Part shown: piece by piece, positions 59,901 to 64,000 of the stretch
Layout: every line of letters starts with the position of its first letter
Numbering within the stretch: position 1 is the first letter of the stretch
Source of the DNA: Deltaproteobacteria bacterium
GTDB taxonomy: Bacteria; JAGRBM01; JAHCIT01
Assembly (NCBI GenBank): GCA_026129095.1
Contig: JAHCIT010000004.1
Coordinates: 62,001-126,000 of the forward strand
Direction of reading: 5' to 3'
Length of the DNA stretch: 64,000 bases
Program-made: the position numbers and the translations under genes
Notes under the pieces: model-generated
The model's database searches: none
The model's input: the letters and a program-made list of their open reading frames with translations, nothing else
Told to the model about the DNA's origin: nothing

Positions 59901-61152
59901 CGATGACCGAGGCGGCGTCGAGGTTCGGATCCTCCACCTTGATGATCGGGCGCGTCTCCGTCATGGTCGCGCCGTCTTCCACGCCCCCTACCGAGATCAC
60001 CGGCGGATTCGTGTCGGTCGCGATGGCGACCTTGATCGTGTCGGCGTTGCCCGCCGCGTCGGTGATCTTCACCGTCAGGCGGTGCGATCCGTCGGGCAGC
60101 TCGGTCATGGGGAACTGGAACTGCCCCGGCGAGACCGGAAAGGTCTGGGTGACGAGCGTCTCGGGGTTATCATCCAGCGTCGCCTCGATGCTGAAAGGGG
60201 CCTTGGTGGAGCCCACGCTCACCGTGAGCGGCAGCGCCCGCACCAGCTCACCGGGCTTGGGCGACAGCACCGATACCTGCGGACGGGAGGCGTCGAACTC
60301 GACGCGAATCCGCTTCGGCGGGGAGCGGTTGGCCGACGGGTCCACGGCGTAGACGGCAATCTCGTTGATCGCGGCCTGGAGCGGCACCACGGCCCGGAAC
60401 TCGCCGTCCTTCACCACCGCCGGGACGTTATCGACAAATACCTTCGCCTTGGGGTCGTCCACCTTGCCGACGAACTCGATCTCGCGGTTGTTGGTGAAGG
60501 TACCGTCCTTGGGCTCGACGATCTCGATGACCGGCGGGCGGGTGTCCTTGATGATCCGGATGGCGGAGGTTTCCCGCCGCCCCTTCACATCGGCCCGGGC
60601 GGTAACGATGTTGATCCCTTCCTGGATCTCGACCTTCGAGCTGACGAAGAAGTCGCCCACCTTCTGCGCGGGCTGGTCGTTGATTGTCATCCGGTCCACG
60701 CCAGAAGGCGCGATCGCCTTGACGCTGATCCAGGTCTGCTTGGTTTCCGTGCCATCCTGGGGCTCCATGATCCGGACCGACGTCTGGGCCACCTTCTCGA
60801 ACCGGCGCTCGACGGTGGAGCTGACGGTCCCCTTGCTGGCGATCACCTCGATCAGGTTCGGTCCGGGCTTGAGCGTCACGTTTTCGACCACGAACTGCCC
60901 GTTGCGGGCGGGCCCCTGGACGAGGTGCTCGACGCTGTTCACGCGGCAGACGAGCTGGGCCGTAGGGTCGATCACCTTGCCGGCAATCGTGATGACTTCG
61001 TCGGGGATGAGGTCGTCTTCCTCGGGATACTGGATCTCCGCCGCCAGCCGGGCATCGAACCGGAGATCAAGTACGGTGATCTTCTGCGGGGCGGATGCAC
61101 ACGCGCCCACGACGAGGCCCACGAACAGGGCGGCTAACCATTCACGTTTCAT
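56863..61152 (-). CDS. 1429-aa lipoprotein with tandem Ig-like repeats and a long helical C-terminal region
   Basis: Lipobox 'VGAC' and repeats 'DT.PP.I....P.DG' and 'D.AGN'. Host-like codon use on the minus strand. Confidence 0.8.
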   Translation of the reverse strand: MKREWLAALFVGLVVGACASAPQKITVLDLRFDARLAAEIQYPEEDDLIPDEVITIAGKVIDPTAQLVCRVNSVEHLVQGPARNGQFVVENVTLKPGPNLIEVIASKGTVSSTVERRFEKVAQTSVRIMEPQDGTETKQTWISVKAIAPSGVDRMTINDQPAQKVGDFFVSSKVEIQEGINIVTARADVKGRRETSAIRIIKDTRPPVIEIVEPKDGTFTNNREIEFVGKVDDPKAKVFVDNVPAVVKDGEFRAVVPLQAAINEIAVYAVDPSANRSPPKRIRVEFDASRPQVSVLSPKPGELVRALPLTVSVGSTKAPFSIEATLDDNPETLVTQTFPVSPGQFQFPMTELPDGSHRLTVKITDAAGNADTIKVAIATDTNPPVISVGGVEDGATMTETRPIIKVEDPNLDAASVIVTLNNRPFRSGTPLSSRAGNSGPQELLIQAADKFGNRSELKIAFEIKVNPIERLLREWERAWNEDATIRARLVEPMVRDIDQAGRWKPIWTRLNPLREDTTANPVRPANGHLMAAYDVLDGIWPDIYKSPEVKMYYEVNRDLARSGIYQELAEALAGAHKAGTFEVLELLGLELSRPDRTGWSQLTDIAFVLDVFINYKDSRRLYGALYELGTMTLTASGQPGSELYDLPIDFLQPFFNLPPSEFDAMIDFQSKIVREHNAHKLPPRLLYNLIEIRNGKSFASVSRAPLACMVDPKRGRPLEKLMENWGAFIAHYVKDPNALEITETALFLMRDSLDYDSMESLSWALRYDDIDDMLEAVRVLAHADVFDKILTDVGKILTAKDIDGRPVPYTMLLAINGFLEPHKNFPNATYLDVILDGVNRLLTKDAQGKNSLEVVTDTFLDGLTAEQRRRMGDLFKYHTVDQKKRVLARPPKYPSDATRMLRLLDIAYTPLNCGIPVAFTDVIITFNMPGVPIKFPVDNLAVAAFEASKELSSGTAKRMAGMYDLMRRMAKVGNLFCEPNILDKLVDDPEPIKAMLNDAPIESTFRMVQELAKRGDAPYLVDMLHAVYISGAAGLNDPLMVVLFDEGIFENFVETLRAVRDTRLPSDPNKKALTAFLDGFANLLRKPPHKKDRIIKPWLNLIKKLVGTAENRKKLERVLIWMGGVLVDPPPGLKLRELDNNFGDLIACDEKGTIAREFARFMDADPKNGDLRVLVPYIRAYLTADANLALSFNRLLSEWLQKGTMVNGVRFIQKWVDIDGRYRNVLQDSLAVVVRPDARDVTPADAVIYGLTHTIAPVVKENRLKIRKVLEAENRPRLHRLMAYPFKTMQLNGQTSYLEQSLPAARKIYAAREPRTGRPSMNAFVRAYRVLAQQGVFLAVLDAQAVAADRGYLDKRRDPNVIGAFAQIMDRSLQKFDTQAAQGGSGGTSHAALTLEGHPGWDSGLWDRVVDGGRVALSPDAQVLFHDAK

Positions 61153-61285
61153 TGATTAAAATTCTACTTCCTTATGATTAACTGGCGGCAAAAGTGCGAT
61201 GAAGTTTTAAAGGTTCGGGCCACGCCTCGCAAGGCTGCCACGCCATTTTACAGGGATTTTCATGGGAGCGGCCCCGAATCCGGGC

Positions 61286-64000
61286 TCAATGCGCGCCTGC
61301 CCAGTCGCGGGCAGCTTTGGTTTCGACGAGAAGCGGCACGTCCAGCTTCACGACCGACGACATGACCTCCGCCGCGATCTTGCGGACCTTTTCCGCCTCG
61401 GCGGCGGGGGCCTCGAACAGCAGTTCATCGTGGACCTGCAGAATCATGCGGGCCTTGAATCCGTGGACCGGGAGTTTCCTGTACAGCTCGATCATCGCCA
61501 CCTTGATGATGTCGGCGGCGGTCCCCTGGATCACGGTGTTGCAGGCAGCCCGCTCGGCGAAGGACCGCTCCTGGAAGTTCTTCGACGTCAGGGTGGGCAG
61601 GTAGCGCCGGCGGCCGAGGAGCGTCGTCACATAGCCATTCGTGCGGGCTTCCTCGACGGTCCGGTCGAAAAACGCTTTCACCCCGGCATAGCGGCGGAAA
61701 TAGGCGTCAATATAGCTTTGCGCCTCCTTCGGGGTGACGTCGAGGGATTTGCCGAGCGACTGGGCTCCGATCCCGTAGATGACACTGAAGTTGATCGTCT
61801 TGCCCGCCCCACGCTGTTCGCGGGTGACCTCCTCCGGCCGGACGCCGTACATCTCGGCCGCCGTAAGGCTGTGGATGTCCGTACCGTCCCGGTAGGCCGC
61901 CACCAGCGCCGGGTCGCCAGTGACATGGGCGAGGATACGCAGTTCCACCTGCGAGTAGTCGGCCGACACCAGCACCGAGTCCTTGGGCGCGATGAACGCC
62001 TCGCGGATCCGGCGGCCGTCCTCGGTCCGGGCGGGGATGTTCTGGAGGTTCGGTTCCGACGACGAGAGGCGGCCCGTTTCGGCCACTGCCTGGTTGAACG
62101 AGGTGTGAATCCGGCCGGTCTTTGCGTTCACCATCCTCGGCAGGGCGTCGATGTAGGTGCCTTTCAGCTTGGAGAGGCCCCGGTAGTCGATCAGCAGCCG
62201 GGGCAGTTCGTGCTCCTCGGCCAGCTTTTCCAGCACCTCCTGGTCGGTGGAGTAGCCGGTCTTGGTCTTGCGGGCCGTCGGCAGCTTCAGCCGCTCGAAC
62301 AGGACCGTCTGGAGCTGCTTGGGCGAGTCCACGTTGAACTCGCCGCCAGCCATCCCGTAAATCCGGCCCAGAAGTTCCTGCATCCGGCGGCCGAACTCCT
62401 GCGACATCTCCGCGAGCTTGCCGGTATCGACAAGAACGCCCCGCTCCTCCATGTCGATCAGCACGTCCACCAGCGGCATCTCCACCTGGCTGAACAGGTC
62501 CAGCACCCCCTCGGACTTCAGGCGCGGGTCCAGAATCCCGTAAAGGCGCATGACCGCGTCGGCGTCCTCGGCGGCGTATTCGGTGGCGCGGGGTATCTCC
62601 ACCTGGTCGAACGTCACCTGGTGCTTTCCGGTTCCGGTCACCTCCTGGTAGGAGAGCATCTTGTGCTTGAGAAAATCGAAGGCGAGCTGGTCGAGGCCGT
62701 GGGACCGGCGGCCGGGGTCGAGCACGTAGCTGGCCAGCATCGAATCCCAGTCGAAACCCCGGCAGTGGATTCCGTACCGGAGCAGCACGCGCCGGTCATA
62801 TTTAACGTTCTGGCCGAGCTTGAGGATTTCCGGGTCTTCCAGCACGGGCCTGAGCAGCGCGAGGGCCCGGTCCCTCGGTATCTGGGCCGGGACGCCCAGA
62901 TAGCGGTGCGCCACCGGCACGTACCAGGCCTTGCCCGGTTTTGTGGAGAGCGAGAACCCGACCAGTTCGGCCTGCAGTTCGTCCAGCGAGGTCGTCTCCG
63001 TATCGAACGCCGCCACCTTCGCCTTGCGGACCTCGTCCAGCACGGCCTTCAGCGCCTTTTCGTCCAGCACGGTTTCGTACCGGTCCCGGCGGAACCCCTT
63101 GTAATCATCCTCGGAGGACATCTCCCGGATGAGCGCCGTGAAGTCCATCTCCCGGAAGAAGGCGACCATCCGGGCCGGGTCGGGCTCCCTGGCGGCGAGT
63201 TCATCCAGTTCCGCCTTCAGGGGAACATCGTCCCGGCAGGTGGCGAGCTTCTTCGAGAGCACGGCCATCTCGCGGCCCGCCTCCAGCTTCTCCCTCAGGC
63301 CCTTCTTCTCGATCCTGCCGGTGTTTTCGAGGAGTTTTTCGAGCGAGCCGTACTCCTGGATCAGTCCCGGCGCGGTCTTTTCCCCGACACCCTTCACGCC
63401 GGGGATGTTGTCCGTGCTGTCGCCGATGATCGCCTGCACGTCCACCACCAGTTCCGGCGGAACGCCGAACTTCTCGATCACCTGCTCGCGGCCGATGGCG
63501 CGGTCCTTCATTGGATCCCACATGGAGACGTGATCGTCCACGAGCTGCATCAGGTCCTTGTCGGACGAGACGATGACCGTGTCGATTCCCATTCTGGCGA
63601 ACCGCCGCGCCAGCGTGGCGATGATGTCATCCGCCTCGAAACCCTTGAGTTCCAGCACCGGGAGGTTGAACGCATCGGTGGCCGCCCGGCGGCAGAGGTC
63701 GAACTGGGGAACGAGCTCCGGGTCCGGCTCCTTCCGGTTCGCCTTGTATTCGGGATAAATCTCCTCGCGGAACGTGGGCCCGCTCGCGTCGTTCACGCAG
63801 GCGATGTAACGGGGGTGAAAGGACTTCTTCAGCTTCAGGATCATCCGGCAGAAGCCCAGCACGGCGTTCGTGGGCATTCCCCTGGCATTCGACATGGGCG
63901 GCAGCGCGTGGAATGCCCGGAACACGTAGGCCATCGTGTCGATGAGATAGACCTTGGGCTTGTCGTCCGGTGACGGTTCCAGGATGGCATTACCTCTGGG
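61286..64000 (-). CDS. polA: DNA polymerase I, start at or beyond the window edge
   Basis: 'KVYLIDTMAYVFRAFHA', 'EADD', 'FDTET', motif A 'ADYSQVELR', motif B 'K.INF..IYG' and motif C 'QVHDEL'. The frame is open to 64000. Confidence 0.98.
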   Translation of the reverse strand, partial: PRGNAILEPSPDDKPKVYLIDTMAYVFRAFHALPPMSNARGMPTNAVLGFCRMILKLKKSFHPRYIACVNDASGPTFREEIYPEYKANRKEPDPELVPQFDLCRRAATDAFNLPVLELKGFEADDIIATLARRFARMGIDTVIVSSDKDLMQLVDDHVSMWDPMKDRAIGREQVIEKFGVPPELVVDVQAIIGDSTDNIPGVKGVGEKTAPGLIQEYGSLEKLLENTGRIEKKGLREKLEAGREMAVLSKKLATCRDDVPLKAELDELAAREPDPARMVAFFREMDFTALIREMSSEDDYKGFRRDRYETVLDEKALKAVLDEVRKAKVAAFDTETTSLDELQAELVGFSLSTKPGKAWYVPVAHRYLGVPAQIPRDRALALLRPVLEDPEILKLGQNVKYDRRVLLRYGIHCRGFDWDSMLASYVLDPGRRSHGLDQLAFDFLKHKMLSYQEVTGTGKHQVTFDQVEIPRATEYAAEDADAVMRLYGILDPRLKSEGVLDLFSQVEMPLVDVLIDMEERGVLVDTGKLAEMSQEFGRRMQELLGRIYGMAGGEFNVDSPKQLQTVLFERLKLPTARKTKTGYSTDQEVLEKLAEEHELPRLLIDYRGLSKLKGTYIDALPRMVNAKTGRIHTSFNQAVAETGRLSSSEPNLQNIPARTEDGRRIREAFIAPKDSVLVSADYSQVELRILAHVTGDPALVAAYRDGTDIHSLTAAEMYGVRPEEVTREQRGAGKTINFSVIYGIGAQSLGKSLDVTPKEAQSYIDAYFRRYAGVKAFFDRTVEEARTNGYVTTLLGRRRYLPTLTSKNFQERSFAERAACNTVIQGTAADIIKVAMIELYRKLPVHGFKARMILQVHDELLFEAPAAEAEKVRKIAAEVMSSVVKLDVPLLVETKAARDWAGAH

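Overview
A GC-rich bacterial chromosome segment. The CarF desaturase and the DUF4388 response regulator suggest a Myxococcota or other deltaproteobacterial host, but that is inference. The flanks are housekeeping: PIN-PhoH, GST, comF, gyrA, uppP, a cytochrome oxidase assembly cluster (ctaA, ctaB, ABC pair, SCO, DUF420, coxIII), pstCAB-phoU-phoB-phoR and polA. The main finding is a compact siphovirus head-tail module at about 11.7-27.7 kb with no visibly broken genes. It encodes a large terminase, an SPP1-like portal, scaffold and capsid, an adaptor, a tail tube, a tail chaperone with a probable -1 frameshift, a 227-aa tape measure, tail tip and fibre proteins, and a holin-like gene. No integrase, repressor, replication gene, sheath or att/tRNA site is visible. 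The module is interrupted by antisense host-type genes (sensor kinase, carF, lipocalin, secreted peptide) and by REP-like elements. A phage-type activator/HTH gene pair lies about 6 kb downstream, beside a paralogous kinase. This layout fits a domesticated, non-RcGTA-type gene transfer agent candidate, although a decaying prophage cannot be excluded from sequence alone. Other oddities are a degenerate AsnRS paralog and an unannotated 38-aa very basic ORF. All family assignments come from motifs recognised by eye; no database searches were run.
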